64,000 nucleotides of DNA from Patescibacteria group bacterium (GTDB taxonomy: Bacteria > Patescibacteriota > Microgenomatia > UBA12405): assembly GCA_013387215.1 (NCBI GenBank), contig WARW01000022.1:238417-302416 (forward strand). The letters run 5' to 3'. The translations under genes and the position numbers were made by a program. Shown piece after piece: positions 1-11,531 of the stretch. The number at the start of each line of letters is the position of its first letter. The first letter of the stretch is position 1. The notes under the pieces are model-generated. The model did not search any database. It worked only from the letters and a program-made list of their open reading frames with translations, and was not told where the DNA came from.

Positions 1-1238
1 GCTAATTTAGATTTCATTTGGATAGTATTTTCAGTGGCTTTTTCTTTGGTATTGCCAACAGCAACACTCTTGAAACCTAATTGGGTGAATTTAGCTTTGA
101 TAGTAGCAGCCTGACCATTAATATCAGTTGCATTCAAAACTTGGATTTTAATGGTTTTGCTTGGTTCAACTACAGCAACAGTTGGAGCTGGAGCGACAGT
201 TGGGGTTGGAATATCGGTTGGAGCAGCGTTTTCAGCAGTTTGATTTTGGGAACTTGGGTTTTGAATTTCAGCGTTGTTTTTATTTAAAACGAACCAAATG
301 ATAACAGAGGCGAGGGCTGCGGTGAAAATAAATACCGCAACTATGGGGAGTATATTTTTTTTATGTTCCATAGGTTTTGGAGATAAAGGTAAACTAATAT
401 CAGTAGATTTCTCTACAGGTGCTTCTATTATAACAGCATTAGCTTGGTTGGAAGAAGATAATTCTCCAAGCACCGGCAACGGCAAATTAGCTGCTTTTCC
501 CCTGCTTTGTGAGATTTGAGATTCACTGTATGGAGTTTGTTCAAGTTTTGAGGTGGTTAAAATTTCGATTTCTTTAGATTCTGGCACATAAAGTTTTTTG
601 GCCGGAGTGGAAAAATAAAGATTACTATAGTTAATAATCTTTTGAATATCTAGAGATGGACCTTTAACATTGGCAGTTAAATAAACTAAATTGTTTTTAG
701 ATAAAATTAAAGTGTATTCGTGTTCATTGAGAGGATAAATCAAGAAAAATTCACCAGTATTAACACCTGAAAGGACCTGGGCAATTGAAGTGGAAACCGA
801 ACGAATAGAAGTTATACTAATGTTAAGTTTGGCTAAATTGGATTTAAGGGCATCAATTTTCTTTTTTTCAAAGATTTGAGCACGAATAATAGTTTTATCA
901 GTTTCCTGAGTCAAAGAATATTCAATAGTCCCCGGTTCAATTTTGAAGTGAACAAAACTTTCAGCAAGACCAATCACCTCTTTCTGATCGATTTCAGTGA
1001 TCTTAGTGTCGTAGATAAAAGACTTGGTCAAAACCACATCATCAGGAATCAATATAGAACAAGCATCAATCTTGTTTTGCTTTAAGAAAAACAATAATGG
1101 CTCAAGTTCTTTTTCAGTGTGGTCTTCCCAAAGGTTAATGTCTACCGAAAGATTATTAGAATCTTTTTTATCGATATAGATTTCAACTGCTTTGGCTTTA
1201 GGCCACAGCACAACTTTTGATTTAGAGAAGAGTGGCAT
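1..1238 (-). CDS. Membrane protein with a cytoplasmic N-terminal domain, one TM helix and a C-terminal LytR_C-like domain. Partial: the 3' end runs off the window start.
   Basis: My own reverse-strand translation: ATG is the revcomp of 'cat' at 1236-1238, and the frame stays open to position 1, which is why it is missing from the ORF track. It has a TM segment (ILPIVAVFIFTAALASVIIWFVL). Its C-terminus (KIQVLNATDINGQAATIKAKFTQLGFKSV) fits the LytR_C pattern. Confidence 0.6.
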   Translation of the reverse strand, partial: MPLFSKSKVVLWPKAKAVEIYIDKKDSNNLSVDINLWEDHTEKELEPLLFFLKQNKIDACSILIPDDVVLTKSFIYDTKITEIDQKEVIGLAESFVHFKIEPGTIEYSLTQETDKTIIRAQIFEKKKIDALKSNLAKLNISITSIRSVSTSIAQVLSGVNTGEFFLIYPLNEHEYTLILSKNNLVYLTANVKGPSLDIQKIINYSNLYFSTPAKKLYVPESKEIEILTTSKLEQTPYSESQISQSRGKAANLPLPVLGELSSSNQANAVIIEAPVEKSTDISLPLSPKPMEHKKNILPIVAVFIFTAALASVIIWFVLNKNNAEIQNPSSQNQTAENAAPTDIPTPTVAPAPTVAVVEPSKTIKIQVLNATDINGQAATIKAKFTQLGFKSVAVGNTKEKATENTIQMKSKL

Positions 1239-1263
1239 GCTGTATTAGTATGGACAAAAAAGC

Positions 1264-1746
1264 TTACCAACGCAAGTGGGCAAAGGCTTTATTAGCTTCA
1301 GCCATTCTTTCGACTTCCATTCTTTTAGTAATAGCTGTACCTTCATTGTTGATAGCAGCAATTAATTCTGAGGCAAGTTTTTGGGCAAAAGAATGAAATT
1401 GTTTATTGGCTTTGGCGCGAGAAGCGTTGATTAACCATCTGATAGCTAAAGAATTTTGTCGATGTCCACGGACAGGGGTTGGAACTTGATAAACAGCTCC
1501 ACCAATGCGGCGAGGTCTGACTTCAACTTTTGGTTTGATATTATCAAGAGCTTTTTCAAGAGTAACAACAACGTCATCTTGTGGATATTCTTTTTTAAGA
1601 ATCTCTAAAGCATCATAAACCTGCTTTTCAGCAGCACCACGTTTACCATCTTTCATGGTAGCAGTGATAATTTTAGTGATAATAACTTGATTGTAAAGTG
1701 TATCAGGATTTACTTCTCTGATTTTACTGGTTCCTTTTCTGGACAT
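1264..1746 (-). CDS. rpsG: 30S ribosomal protein S7
   Basis: 160 aa. C-terminal ...KRMEVERMAEANKAFAHLRW and overall S7 conservation. It sits downstream of rpsL. Confidence 0.95.
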   Translation of the reverse strand: MSRKGTSKIREVNPDTLYNQVIITKIITATMKDGKRGAAEKQVYDALEILKKEYPQDDVVVTLEKALDNIKPKVEVRPRRIGGAVYQVPTPVRGHRQNSLAIRWLINASRAKANKQFHSFAQKLASELIAAINNEGTAITKRMEVERMAEANKAFAHLRW

Positions 1747-1775
1747 AGTTTATAGTTTAGTTTAAAAGTTAATGA

Positions 1776-2198
1776 TTAGGCAGTTTTTGCGCTAGGTCTT
1801 TTAGCACCGTATTTACTGCGTGATTGTAATCTGCCTGCAACTGCACCAGCATCATATTTACCACGGATAACGTGATAACGGACACCTGGTAAATCTCGGA
1901 CACGACCTCCACGAATAGAGACGATACTGTGTTCAGCAAGATTGTGGCCAATACCCGGAATATAAGCAGTGACTAAATTGCGGTTACTAAGTTTAACTTT
2001 AGCAACTTTACGTAAAGCTGAATGTGGCTTTTTTGGAGTCATTGTTTTTACAGCAACAACGACACCTTTTTTAACAGGATTAATGGTTCCAATAAGTCTA
2101 TTTTTAATACTATTGAAGTTTTTGCGCAAAGCACCGGTCTTGAGTTTAATGACTCTGGTTTTGCGACCTTTTTTAATTAATTGATTGAATGTTGGCAT
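1776..2198 (-). CDS. rpsL: 30S ribosomal protein S12, with an internal insertion of about 12 aa
   Basis: [13 protein letters not shown]..., [33 protein letters not shown]. It is 140 aa against the usual ~124. Confidence 0.95.
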   Translation of the reverse strand: MPTFNQLIKKGRKTRVIKLKTGALRKNFNSIKNRLIGTINPVKKGVVVAVKTMTPKKPHSALRKVAKVKLSNRNLVTAYIPGIGHNLAEHSIVSIRGGRVRDLPGVRYHVIRGKYDAGAVAGRLQSRSKYGAKRPSAKTA

Positions 2199-2202
2199 TT
2201 TT

Positions 2203-5200
2203 TTATTTTACAATTTGATTTTTACCCACAGGTATTAATCGTCCGATAATAACATTTTCTTTAAGACCAATCAAGCCGTCTACTTCCGCAAGCAAGGATG
2301 CTTCGGTTAAAACGCTAGTTGTCTGTTGGAATGAAGCAGCAGATAACCATGAGCCAGTGGTTAAAGCAGATTGGATAAGACCCAATAAGACTTTTTTACC
2401 TTTAGCTGGTTTACCACCTTCAGATTTTGCCTTTTCATTGGCTGCATTGTATACAGCAGCAGTGGTGATTTGGCCATATAAGAAGTTGGTGTCACCTGGA
2501 TCTTCAACTTTAATCTTGTCGCTCATTTCTTTAACGATAACTTCAAGATGTTTGTCGTGGATACCGATACCCTGAGATTCGTAAACAGCTTGGATGCTGT
2601 TGATAAGGTATTTTTGAGCAGCTTCGATACTCTTAACATCCATGATTTCTCGAACATCGAGAGAACCTGAACAAAGTTGAGTACCTTGAGCAACTAAATC
2701 ACCATCGGAAACTAAGAGGGTAACGTTGGATGGTAAAAGATAAGTAATAGTTTTGGTGGTATTAGACTCATCTTTACCAGTGAGTTTAATTTCGTAACCA
2801 TCAATAGATTCTTTTACTTTGATCTTTCCACTGATTTCTGCTAATGGAGAAGGTAATTTTGGAGTTCGAATTTCGAATAATTCCTGAACACGTGGTAAAC
2901 CTTGAGTAACGTCGACGCCGACGACACCTCCGGTGTGCTTGGTACGAAGAGTTAACTGGGTACCTGGTTCACCAATAGATTGAGCAGCGATAACACCGAC
3001 TGGAACTCCGATTTCAACTAATTTTCGGGTGGAAAGATCCCAACCGTAACATTGTTGACAAAGACCGGTTTCAGCAGCACAGGTTAAAGCAGATCGGATG
3101 TCTACAGAAGTAATATTGTGAGATTCGATATCAGCAACAACATTGTTGTCTAATAAAGTACCTTTGGCAAATAAAACTTTCTTGGTTTTGGCATCAATAA
3201 TATCGTTAGCTAAAACTCGGCCTAAAATTCGGCGAGAGAAATAGCGTTCTCTTCCCTTTTCATTAGCTTCAACAGTAATGAATTTTTTGGTGCCACAGTC
3301 ATCTTGTCTAATAATAGAAATATGAGCAGCATCAACAAGTCTTCGGGTTAAGTAACCTGCATCAGCGGTTTTCAAAGCGGTATCGGCCAAACCTTTTCTG
3401 GTTCCTCTAGCACCGGTAACGTATTCGAAAACTGACAAACCTTCACGGAAGTTTGATTTGGTTGGAAGTTGAACGATTCGACCAGTTGGATCGACCATTA
3501 AACCTCTCATACCAGAAAGCTGTTTGATTTGATCTTTAGATGCACGCTTGATACCTGCAGCAGAAACGATACGGATTGGAGAATCGATATCGAGAGTTGC
3601 CCAAGTTTTTTCAGCGATTTCTTCGGTTTTTTCCATCCAAACAGATTGACTTAATCTCTTCTTTTCTTCATTGGAAATTAATCCCATTTTGTAGTTATCT
3701 TCAATTTCAGCAACTTGCTTGTTTGCACCAGCAATAATACTGTCTTTTTCTTGTAAGTGACCACAATCTGCCATAGATAAGGAAAGACCAGAAATAGTGA
3801 AACCTTTGAAACCAATGTCTTTTAAGGAATCAATAAGTTTTACAGTCTTAACTCTTCCAGCAATTTCAAGTGATTTAACGACTAAATCGTTAACAGCCTT
3901 GGAACCAGCCATAGATTCGTTAACAAAACTGAATTCTTTTGGAAGGATTTTATTGAACCAAATTCGGCCGTAAGTGGTTTTGATTAATTTACCGTCCATT
4001 CTGACGACAATTAATTCACGTAAACCGATTTTCTTAGCTTCGTAAGCAAGTTCAACTTCTTTAACGTCTGAGAAAATAGATAAACCTTCAAAGCTTTCGG
4101 ATTTTTCTTTTTCAAGATCTTCAGATTGAACAGAAGTGATGTAATAACATCCGACTGCCATTTCTTGGGTAGGAACTGAAACTGGAGAACCGTCAGCAGG
4201 TTTAAGTAAGTTTCGAGAAGGCAACATTAATTTCTTGGCTTCTTTTTGTGAAGCTTCAGATAATGGTAAATGGACACCCATTTGATCTCCGTCGAAATCG
4301 GCGTTGAAACCTTTACAGACACATGGATGTAGTCTGATGGCTAAACCGTCAACCAAAATTGGTTTAAATGCTTGAATTGAGAGTTTGTGAAGGGTTGGAG
4401 CGCGGTTTAATAAGACGTGACTGTCTTTGGTAACCTTTTCCAAAATATCGTAAACCTCGTTAGCTCGGTGATCAATTAAGTTTTTAGCAGATTTGATGTT
4501 TGGAGCAATGCCAGTAGACATTAATTCACGCAAAACAAATGGTCTGTAGATTTCGAGAGCAATTTCTTTTGGTAAACCGACTTGGTTAAGTTTAAGTTCT
4601 GGACCGACAACGATAACAGAACGACCTGAGTAATCGACACGTTTACCTAAAAGATTTCGTCGGAAACGACCTTTCTTACCTCTTAAGAGATCAGAAAGGG
4701 ATCTTGGAGTTCTTTTAGTACTTTTTCTTTTATTCTTAGCACTCTTTTGAGCATCAATTAAAATGTCGACAGATTCCTGCAACATTCTTTTTTCGTTGCG
4801 CAAAATAATTTCTGGAGCACCAAGTTTAAGAAGTTTCTTTAAACGGTTATTACGATTAATTAATCTTCGATATAAATCATTTAAATCAGAAGTGGCAAAT
4901 CGGCCGCCAGTAAGTTGGACCATAGGTCGTAAATCTGGTGGAATAACTGGAACATTGGTCATGATCATCCATTCTGGATGGATTTCATTTTCAATCATTC
5001 CATTCAAAATTCTGATCTTGTACATGATTTTCTTTTTCTTGAGTTTGGAAGTGGTTTTAGCTAATTCTTTCTTAAGATTTTTGACAGTTTCTTTAAGATC
5101 GATTTTCTTTAAAACTTCAACTAAAGCTTCAGCACCCATTTTAGCTTCGAAGAAAAGATCTGCCTTAAATTGGGAAAGATAGAAAGATTCTTCATCAGAA

Positions 5201-5937
5201 ATAGTTGATAAAACTTGGAGAGAAGAAATCTTGTCTTCCAAATATTTAATCAAACTTTCAATTCTATTCTTTTCAGTAGAAGCTTTATTTTCAATCTTTT
5301 GGATATCTTGCTTTAATTTAACATCGCGTTCTTCTTTGGCAATGTTAAGTTGGTCTTTATTTTTGATTTTTTCTTTAAGATCAGCTTTTTCTTTTTCGAT
5401 TTGAGCAGTTTTGCTTTCGATGTTCTTTTTAGAATCGATATCAATTTGTTCTTGTCGTTTTTTAGAATTTTCTCTGAGGTTTTCTAATGCTTCTTTTCTT
5501 TTTTCGTCGTTAACTGAAGTAACTAAATACTTAGTGAAATAAACGACAGATTCCAAATCTTTTTGCGGAACGTCAAGAATGACGCCAACTGGAGATGGAG
5601 TATTTCGCAAATACCAAAGATGAGTTACAGGAGCAGCAAGGGTAATGTGACCCATTCTTTCGCGTCGGACTTTAGAAGTGGTGACTTCAACTCCACAGCG
5701 ATCACAAACTACACCCTTAAATCTGATTTTCTTATATTTTCCACAGTAACATTCATAATCACGAGATGGTCCGAAGATCTTTTCACAGAAAAGACCGTCT
5801 TTTTCTGGTCTCCAGCTTCGATAATTGATAGTTTCTGGTTTAAGAACTTCACCGTGAGACCAAGCTAAGATCTCTTCTGGAGAAGCTAATTTAATTTGCA
5901 AACCGGTAAAATCGATCATGTTTTTGAATTTAAGCAT
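2203..5937 (-). CDS. rpoC: DNA-directed RNA polymerase beta' subunit
   Basis: 1244 aa with the NADFDGDQM catalytic motif and beta' conservation throughout. The good SD AAGGAGG is upstream. Confidence 0.97.
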   Translation of the reverse strand: MLKFKNMIDFTGLQIKLASPEEILAWSHGEVLKPETINYRSWRPEKDGLFCEKIFGPSRDYECYCGKYKKIRFKGVVCDRCGVEVTTSKVRRERMGHITLAAPVTHLWYLRNTPSPVGVILDVPQKDLESVVYFTKYLVTSVNDEKRKEALENLRENSKKRQEQIDIDSKKNIESKTAQIEKEKADLKEKIKNKDQLNIAKEERDVKLKQDIQKIENKASTEKNRIESLIKYLEDKISSLQVLSTISDEESFYLSQFKADLFFEAKMGAEALVEVLKKIDLKETVKNLKKELAKTTSKLKKKKIMYKIRILNGMIENEIHPEWMIMTNVPVIPPDLRPMVQLTGGRFATSDLNDLYRRLINRNNRLKKLLKLGAPEIILRNEKRMLQESVDILIDAQKSAKNKRKSTKRTPRSLSDLLRGKKGRFRRNLLGKRVDYSGRSVIVVGPELKLNQVGLPKEIALEIYRPFVLRELMSTGIAPNIKSAKNLIDHRANEVYDILEKVTKDSHVLLNRAPTLHKLSIQAFKPILVDGLAIRLHPCVCKGFNADFDGDQMGVHLPLSEASQKEAKKLMLPSRNLLKPADGSPVSVPTQEMAVGCYYITSVQSEDLEKEKSESFEGLSIFSDVKEVELAYEAKKIGLRELIVVRMDGKLIKTTYGRIWFNKILPKEFSFVNESMAGSKAVNDLVVKSLEIAGRVKTVKLIDSLKDIGFKGFTISGLSLSMADCGHLQEKDSIIAGANKQVAEIEDNYKMGLISNEEKKRLSQSVWMEKTEEIAEKTWATLDIDSPIRIVSAAGIKRASKDQIKQLSGMRGLMVDPTGRIVQLPTKSNFREGLSVFEYVTGARGTRKGLADTALKTADAGYLTRRLVDAAHISIIRQDDCGTKKFITVEANEKGRERYFSRRILGRVLANDIIDAKTKKVLFAKGTLLDNNVVADIESHNITSVDIRSALTCAAETGLCQQCYGWDLSTRKLVEIGVPVGVIAAQSIGEPGTQLTLRTKHTGGVVGVDVTQGLPRVQELFEIRTPKLPSPLAEISGKIKVKESIDGYEIKLTGKDESNTTKTITYLLPSNVTLLVSDGDLVAQGTQLCSGSLDVREIMDVKSIEAAQKYLINSIQAVYESQGIGIHDKHLEVIVKEMSDKIKVEDPGDTNFLYGQITTAAVYNAANEKAKSEGGKPAKGKKVLLGLIQSALTTGSWLSAASFQQTTSVLTEASLLAEVDGLIGLKENVIIGRLIPVGKNQIVK

Positions 5938-8900
5938 TAATTTTCCTCCTTAACATCTTCTAACGATTCCTCGTCCTGTGAGGATACAGTCATATCTTTA
6001 AGATCAGTTTCTTCAACAACAGACTCCTGATCTGTTATGACGTCTGCAGGAACGATACCTTCACCAGCAGTTACGCCTTCAGTGTCAAAAATTCCTTCTT
6101 TAACACCAACAGGTGAGATATCGAGAGCTAAACCTGCCAATTCTTTGGTTAAAACCTTGAATGATTCTGGAATAGCTGGTTCTGGAATTGCCAACCCTTT
6201 GATGATGGATTGGAAGGCGTGGGTGCGACCTTCAATATCATCGGATTTAATGGTTAACATTTCTTGTAATGTGTGTGCAGCACGATGTGCTTCAAGCGCC
6301 CAAACTTCCATTTCTCCAAGTCTCTGACCTCCCATTCTGGCTTTACCGCCGAGTGGCTGTTGAGTAACTAAAGAGTATGGACCGGTAGAACGAGCATGAA
6401 CTTTATCATCGACCATGTGGACAAGTTTCAAAATGTATCCAATACCGACAACTGATTCTTGATCATAAGCTTCACCGGTTCGACCATCGTAAAGTTGAAC
6501 TTTACCATTAGCTTTGAAACCAGCTTTTTCTAGTTCATCGCCAATCTCTTTTTCAGAATATTTTTCGAAAACTGGAACAGCATATTTTTTATCGAGAACA
6601 TAACCTGCGTGAGCAAGAGTAGTTTCCAAAATCTGGCCCAAATTCATACGGGAAATAACAGAAATTGGAGACATGATTAAGTCCATTGGAGTGCCATCAG
6701 CAAGTCGTGGCATGTCATATTGAGGCATGATTCGGCAGATAACACCCTTGTTTCCGTGGCGTCCGGCGATTTTATCACCTTCTTGAATACGTCGGATTTG
6801 AGCAACATAGACTTTAACAACTTTGTTGACACCTGGATCAAGTTCATCACCTTTATCTTTATCAAGAGTATCGACTTTGATAACGACACCGCCTTCGCCG
6901 TTTGGAATACGAAGTGAAGTATCTTTAACTTCACGAGCTTTTTCACCGAAAATAGCGCGTAAAAGTCTTTCTTCTGCAGATAATTCTTTTTCACCACGAG
7001 GTTCAACTTTACCGACAAGAATATCGTTTGGACCGACAGTGGCGCCGATCATGACAATACCGTCATCAGTAAGTTTAGCTAATTCAGTTTCAGAAACATT
7101 TGGAATATCTTTAGTTAATTCTTCAGAACCAAGTTTGGTTTCGACGACTTGAGCTTGATATTCGTAAATTTGGATATTAGTTAAGATATCTTCTTTTACT
7201 AAACGATCAGAAATTAAGAATGAATCTTCGTAAGTTAAACCGTCAATTGAAGCGTAAGCAACTAAAAGATTTCGACCAATTGAAAGTTCACCACCATCAG
7301 TGGATGGACCATCAATTAATAAATCACCAACTTTTACAACATCACCGACTTTTACAACTGCTTTTTGGTTGTAACAAGTACCGTATGGTGAAGTTCGGAT
7401 GAATTTAGTAATGAAATAGGTTTCAGTTTTATCTTTATTGCTGATTTCACTATTTTCACTAACTTCAGATTCTAATTTTTTATCTAAAGTAACAACGATT
7501 TTAGAACCATCAACATAAGAAACTTTACCAGCATGGTTAGCCAATACAGTTCTGCCCATAGATGAGGCAATAGCTGATTCCATTCCAGTTCCAACATATG
7601 GAGATTCTGGAGCAATTAAAGGAACAGCTTGAGTCTGCATGTGGGAGCCCATCAATGCGCGGGTAGCGTCGTCGTGGTCAACAAAAGGAATCATGGATGC
7701 AGAAGCACCAACGATTTCATTTGGAACTAAATCGATATATTCAACTTGTTCAATTGGACCTTCAATAAATTCACCTTGATAACGAATTGGAACCCATTCT
7801 TGATTAGTGATACCTTTTTCATCAAATTTGATACCTAAATGAGTGATTGGATGGACATATTCATCCTCAGCATCCATATAGAAGAAATCATCAGAAATTT
7901 TGTAGCCACCTTTAACTTTTTCGAGTTTTCGGAAAGGAGCTTCAATGAAGCCGTATTTGTTTACTTTTGCATATAAAGCAAGGTAAGTAACTAAACCGAT
8001 GTTTGGACCTTCTGGAGATCTAACAACGTCGATACGACCGTATTGTGAACCGTGTACGTCGCGGATAGAGAAAGCTGCACGCTCTCTGGTTAAACCGCCG
8101 ACACCGACAACAGTGACTCTTCGTAATAAATCAAGTTCAGCTAATGGATTAGTTTGATCCAAAATAGCGGAAAGTTGGTTAGATCGGAAGAAAGTGTTTA
8201 AAGCAGAAATCAATGGTTGAGGATTGATCATTTGAGACGGAGTTGGTTTTTCTTTGGTAGAAATTAAACTCATTCTTTCTTTGACCATTCTTTCGAATCT
8301 GGCTAAAGCAGGGCGAATAGCGATTTGAGAAACGATTTCGCCGCAGCGTCGTAAACGTCGGTTAGCAAGTGAATCGATATCATCAAGTCTGGTTGCTTCA
8401 CCTTTTTGGAGTTGGATTAAGTATTTAACAGTAGCGATTAAGTCTTCTTTCTTTAAAACCCAATTTTCTTTATTAGCATCATCAAATTTAAAACCGAATT
8501 TTTTATCAATTTTGTAGCGACCAACGTTACCTAATTCGTATGTTCTTAAATCAAAAAATCTTTCATTGAAGAATTTTTCTGCATTTTCAAGAACAACAGG
8601 TTCGCCTGGTCGAAGCTTTCGATAGAATTCGAGCATTGCTTCTTCTGGAGTTTTAGAAATGTCAGCAGCAATGGTGTGATTAAAATAGTCACCGAATTCA
8701 GCAACTAATTGTTTATCACCCATTTGGCAGGCAGCTCTTAAAATAATGGAAGCAGGAAATTTCTTTTTGCGATCAATACGAGCAAAAACAACGTCTTTTT
8801 TACCAACAAAGAATTCGAGCCATGAACCACGGACAGGTCTGATTTCAGCATTATAAAGGGTTTTACCAGTAGAAGGATCATTTTCACCAGTGAAATAAAC

Positions 8901-9311
8901 GCCAGGAGATCGGACTAATTGATTAATAATACCTCTTTCAATACCGTTAACAAGGAAAGTTCCCTGATCGGTCATAGTAGGCAAATTCAAGAAGAAAACA
9001 TCTTCTTCACGGATATCACCAGTTCTTTTGTTGGTTAACTTAGCTTTAATTCTGACCGGAATGGTGTAATTCAACCCTTTTCTTTTGGCAATATCTGGAG
9101 TGACGCTGATCGGATCGAAGGTTAATTCTCCAAGTTTTAATTCCCAGTTATTACCGGTGTAATCACTGATTGGAGAAATTGATTGTATCGTGTCTTTTAG
9201 TTCGCGTTCGAGGAAGTCTTTCCAAGATTCTTTTTGAATTTGTATAAGATCTAATTTAGGAAGGTTAGGGTAAACTTTACCCCATTGTATTCTTTTTGCG
9301 GAACCCATCAA
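5937..9311 (-). CDS. rpoB: DNA-directed RNA polymerase beta subunit
   Basis: 1124 aa with canonical beta-subunit blocks. It overlaps the rpoC start by 1 nt (ATGA). Confidence 0.97.
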   Translation of the reverse strand: MMGSAKRIQWGKVYPNLPKLDLIQIQKESWKDFLERELKDTIQSISPISDYTGNNWELKLGELTFDPISVTPDIAKRKGLNYTIPVRIKAKLTNKRTGDIREEDVFFLNLPTMTDQGTFLVNGIERGIINQLVRSPGVYFTGENDPSTGKTLYNAEIRPVRGSWLEFFVGKKDVVFARIDRKKKFPASIILRAACQMGDKQLVAEFGDYFNHTIAADISKTPEEAMLEFYRKLRPGEPVVLENAEKFFNERFFDLRTYELGNVGRYKIDKKFGFKFDDANKENWVLKKEDLIATVKYLIQLQKGEATRLDDIDSLANRRLRRCGEIVSQIAIRPALARFERMVKERMSLISTKEKPTPSQMINPQPLISALNTFFRSNQLSAILDQTNPLAELDLLRRVTVVGVGGLTRERAAFSIRDVHGSQYGRIDVVRSPEGPNIGLVTYLALYAKVNKYGFIEAPFRKLEKVKGGYKISDDFFYMDAEDEYVHPITHLGIKFDEKGITNQEWVPIRYQGEFIEGPIEQVEYIDLVPNEIVGASASMIPFVDHDDATRALMGSHMQTQAVPLIAPESPYVGTGMESAIASSMGRTVLANHAGKVSYVDGSKIVVTLDKKLESEVSENSEISNKDKTETYFITKFIRTSPYGTCYNQKAVVKVGDVVKVGDLLIDGPSTDGGELSIGRNLLVAYASIDGLTYEDSFLISDRLVKEDILTNIQIYEYQAQVVETKLGSEELTKDIPNVSETELAKLTDDGIVMIGATVGPNDILVGKVEPRGEKELSAEERLLRAIFGEKAREVKDTSLRIPNGEGGVVIKVDTLDKDKGDELDPGVNKVVKVYVAQIRRIQEGDKIAGRHGNKGVICRIMPQYDMPRLADGTPMDLIMSPISVISRMNLGQILETTLAHAGYVLDKKYAVPVFEKYSEKEIGDELEKAGFKANGKVQLYDGRTGEAYDQESVVGIGYILKLVHMVDDKVHARSTGPYSLVTQQPLGGKARMGGQRLGEMEVWALEAHRAAHTLQEMLTIKSDDIEGRTHAFQSIIKGLAIPEPAIPESFKVLTKELAGLALDISPVGVKEGIFDTEGVTAGEGIVPADVITDQESVVEETDLKDMTVSSQDEESLEDVKEEN

Positions 9312-9371
9312 AGTTTTTTAAATTTTTAAAAACACGGACGCAACGAGACCAAAGCGCGCCGAATGTGTTGT

Positions 9372-9400
9372 ATTATAGTATGTTCGTCAAAGCGGGTCAA
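9372..9400 (-). promoter_or_regulatory. Sigma70-type promoter for rpoBC: -35 TTGACC, 17-nt spacer, -10 TATAAT
   Basis: On the minus strand, TTGACC is the revcomp of 9395-9400 and TATAAT is the revcomp of 9372-9377. The spacer is exactly 17 nt, and the start codon lies about 60 nt downstream. The element overlaps the stop of the upstream gene. Confidence 0.4.
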
Positions 9401-10314
9401 TAAGTAGTTTGTGATGAATTTGTTGCCGTATTAGTTGGGGTTAAAGTTTTTGCCGAAGAACTGGCTGTTGGAGTTACAGTTTTAGTAGATTTTGCCGAAA
9501 CTGTGGCTAAACAAGTTCTACTAGTGCAAGTAATACTGCCATTGGTGCAGCTGCAAGCGTTGCAGCCGTCGCTAGCGACAAAATTTTGACCTTCATTATA
9601 GTGTTTATCGTTTAAGTCACAACCGGCCCCAGTTTGAACTGCAGTGGATGGAGTGGAAGTTATCTCTGGAGTACTGGTTTTTGTTAAATTTGTGACTGGC
9701 TTACTGCTAAAATTAGTATAGGCAAGAGCTGAGGCTACGCAGAGAAAAAGAATTAGTGAAAAAATGAAAAATATTTTTGGTATAGGACTTGCTTTTGGTG
9801 TTGGTGGCTCCACAGGAGGAACAAAGTCGGAAATTGGAGGAAGATCTGATTTAAAAGCAGGTTCAGGTTGAGGAGCTGGTGTTGGTTCAATAACTGGCTC
9901 TGGTTCAGGTATGGTTTCAACTGCTGGAGTGGAAATGGGTGCAGATTCAACAACAGGGGCTGGTGCGGCCTCAACTACTGGCGGATTGGTAACTGGAGTC
10001 AACACCTCTGCTTCATTTTCATTTTCATCAACTTCAATATTTTCATTCAAAACTAATTGTGGAGGAGGAGTTTCGAGAGACAAGACAGGCTCTTGAACTT
10101 TTGGCTGTTCAATTGGAGTTATAGGCGTTTCAGATACTGCTGGAGTTCCTTGGGTCACTGGAGAAACTGGATTTTCTGCTGGTTCTGGCGGGGCATTTTT
10201 AATCTCTTGAGCGTATTTATCTAAAATAGCTTGATATTGCTTATTGGCATCAATATTTTGATCTTCTTGATCACCTGGGACAGGATTAATATTATTCATA
10301 AATAAATATCTCAT
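9397..10314 (-). CDS. Proline-rich membrane protein with a C-terminal extracellular Cys-rich domain
   Basis: 305 aa. It has long P/E/V-rich low-complexity stretches, one TM helix (IFFIFSLILFLCVASALAY) and a C-terminal 8-Cys module (GAGCDLN...CNACSCTNGSITCTSRTC). Confidence 0.6.
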   Translation of the reverse strand: MRYLFMNNINPVPGDQEDQNIDANKQYQAILDKYAQEIKNAPPEPAENPVSPVTQGTPAVSETPITPIEQPKVQEPVLSLETPPPQLVLNENIEVDENENEAEVLTPVTNPPVVEAAPAPVVESAPISTPAVETIPEPEPVIEPTPAPQPEPAFKSDLPPISDFVPPVEPPTPKASPIPKIFFIFSLILFLCVASALAYTNFSSKPVTNLTKTSTPEITSTPSTAVQTGAGCDLNDKHYNEGQNFVASDGCNACSCTNGSITCTSRTCLATVSAKSTKTVTPTASSSAKTLTPTNTATNSSQTTY

Positions 10315-10360
10315 TTAATATTTATGCCGTCAATAAATACAAGGGAAATTAGTATAGTTT

Positions 10361-11527
10361 ATGAATGATCTGATAAAATTGGCAATGCAAAAAACCGGTA
10401 GCGTGTTTATTAAAACCTTTGGCTGTATTCAAAATACGGCAGATTCAGAAAGAATCAAAGCTTTCTATTGGGACATCGGATACAAAGAAGTTGATGATTG
10501 GAAAAAGGCCGATTTAGTGGTCATAAATACTTGTATTGTTAGGGAATCGGCTGAAAACAGAGCTTATGGGCTTATTAATGAAATTGATAAGATCAACCGA
10601 AAATCTTCAAAAAAAATCGAAATTATTGTGACCGGGTGTTTGGTCGGCAAGGCTAATTTAGATAAAACCGGTAAAAAGATAAATAAATTGAATCGTGATT
10701 TTCCAGAAGTATCGGAATTTTTACCTATAGAAAAAATTTCTTTCCAAATTAAACCAATTCGAGATTTTAAAAATATTGCCCTGATTCCAATTAGCAGCGG
10801 CTGCAGCAATTTTTGCTCATACTGTATTGTCCCCTATGCCCGCGGACCAGAAATATCAAGAAAATTTGAAGATATTTTGACTGAAGTAGACGAAGCAATT
10901 AAAAATGGTTTTAAGAGTGTTGTATTAATTGGCCAAAACGTTAATTCGTATGGTTCTGATTTAGTCAAAGAAAATGAATATATTCTTTTAGACGGCAAAA
11001 AGATTTTACCAGTGATGGTGAAAAGCATGGGAAAGGCAAGAATACCAACACTTTTCCCATATCTTTTGGAAGAAATTGCAAAGAAAAATTTAGAAAAAAT
11101 AAGTTTTGTCAGCAGTAATCCTTGGGATTTTTCCGATGAACTTATTGAAGTAATCGCTAAGTATCCAAATATTGATAAATTACTGCATTTGCCGATTCAA
11201 TCGGGAGATGATGAAATCCTAAAAAGGATGAACCGAGGTTATACAACTGATGAATATTTAAAATTAGTCGAAAAAATCCGAGGTAAAGTAAAAGATGTTC
11301 AATTCAGCACCGATATTATTATCGGTTTTCCAGGCGAAGATGAAGCGTCATTTAACAGAACTGTGGAAGTATGCAAAAAGGCAAAATTCCAAATCGGATA
11401 TTTAAATAAATATTCCCCAAGAAAAGGAACTCTTTCCGCACAAATATACGAAAATGATGTGCCTCAAAGTGAAAAGAAAAGAAGATGGACTGTGTTAAAC
11501 GATTTAATAAATAAGAAAATTAATTAG
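10361..11527 (+). CDS. MiaB/RimO-family radical-SAM methylthiotransferase. At 388 aa it is short and probably lacks the TRAM domain.
   Basis: The N-terminal MTTase domain shows FGCIQNTADSE. The radical-SAM motif is SSGCSNFCSYCIVPYARG, a CxxxCxxC. Confidence 0.85.
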   Translation: MNDLIKLAMQKTGSVFIKTFGCIQNTADSERIKAFYWDIGYKEVDDWKKADLVVINTCIVRESAENRAYGLINEIDKINRKSSKKIEIIVTGCLVGKANLDKTGKKINKLNRDFPEVSEFLPIEKISFQIKPIRDFKNIALIPISSGCSNFCSYCIVPYARGPEISRKFEDILTEVDEAIKNGFKSVVLIGQNVNSYGSDLVKENEYILLDGKKILPVMVKSMGKARIPTLFPYLLEEIAKKNLEKISFVSSNPWDFSDELIEVIAKYPNIDKLLHLPIQSGDDEILKRMNRGYTTDEYLKLVEKIRGKVKDVQFSTDIIIGFPGEDEASFNRTVEVCKKAKFQIGYLNKYSPRKGTLSAQIYENDVPQSEKKRRWTVLNDLINKKIN

Positions 11528-11531
11528 AGTC

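Noticed and set aside
81-519. Plus-strand ORFs 81..287 and 274..519
   Set aside because: They lie antisense inside a long open minus-strand reading frame (1..1238) that has a sensible protein architecture. They are low-complexity shadow ORFs.
1769-2184. ORFs 1769..1951 (-) and 1969..2184 (+) overlapping rpsL
   Set aside because: Alternative-frame or antisense shadows of the highly conserved S12 gene.
2357-9311. Multiple 60-140-aa ORFs inside rpoC and rpoB (for example 4763..5182, 5563..5868, 6037..6327, 6677..7152, 7220..7402)
   Set aside because: All are embedded antisense or off-frame within the RNAP subunit genes. None has independent support.
9753-10096. ORFs 9753..9974 (-), 9868..10056 (+) and 9911..10096 (+)
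   Set aside because: Shadow ORFs generated by the proline-rich low-complexity repeat region of gene 9397..10314.
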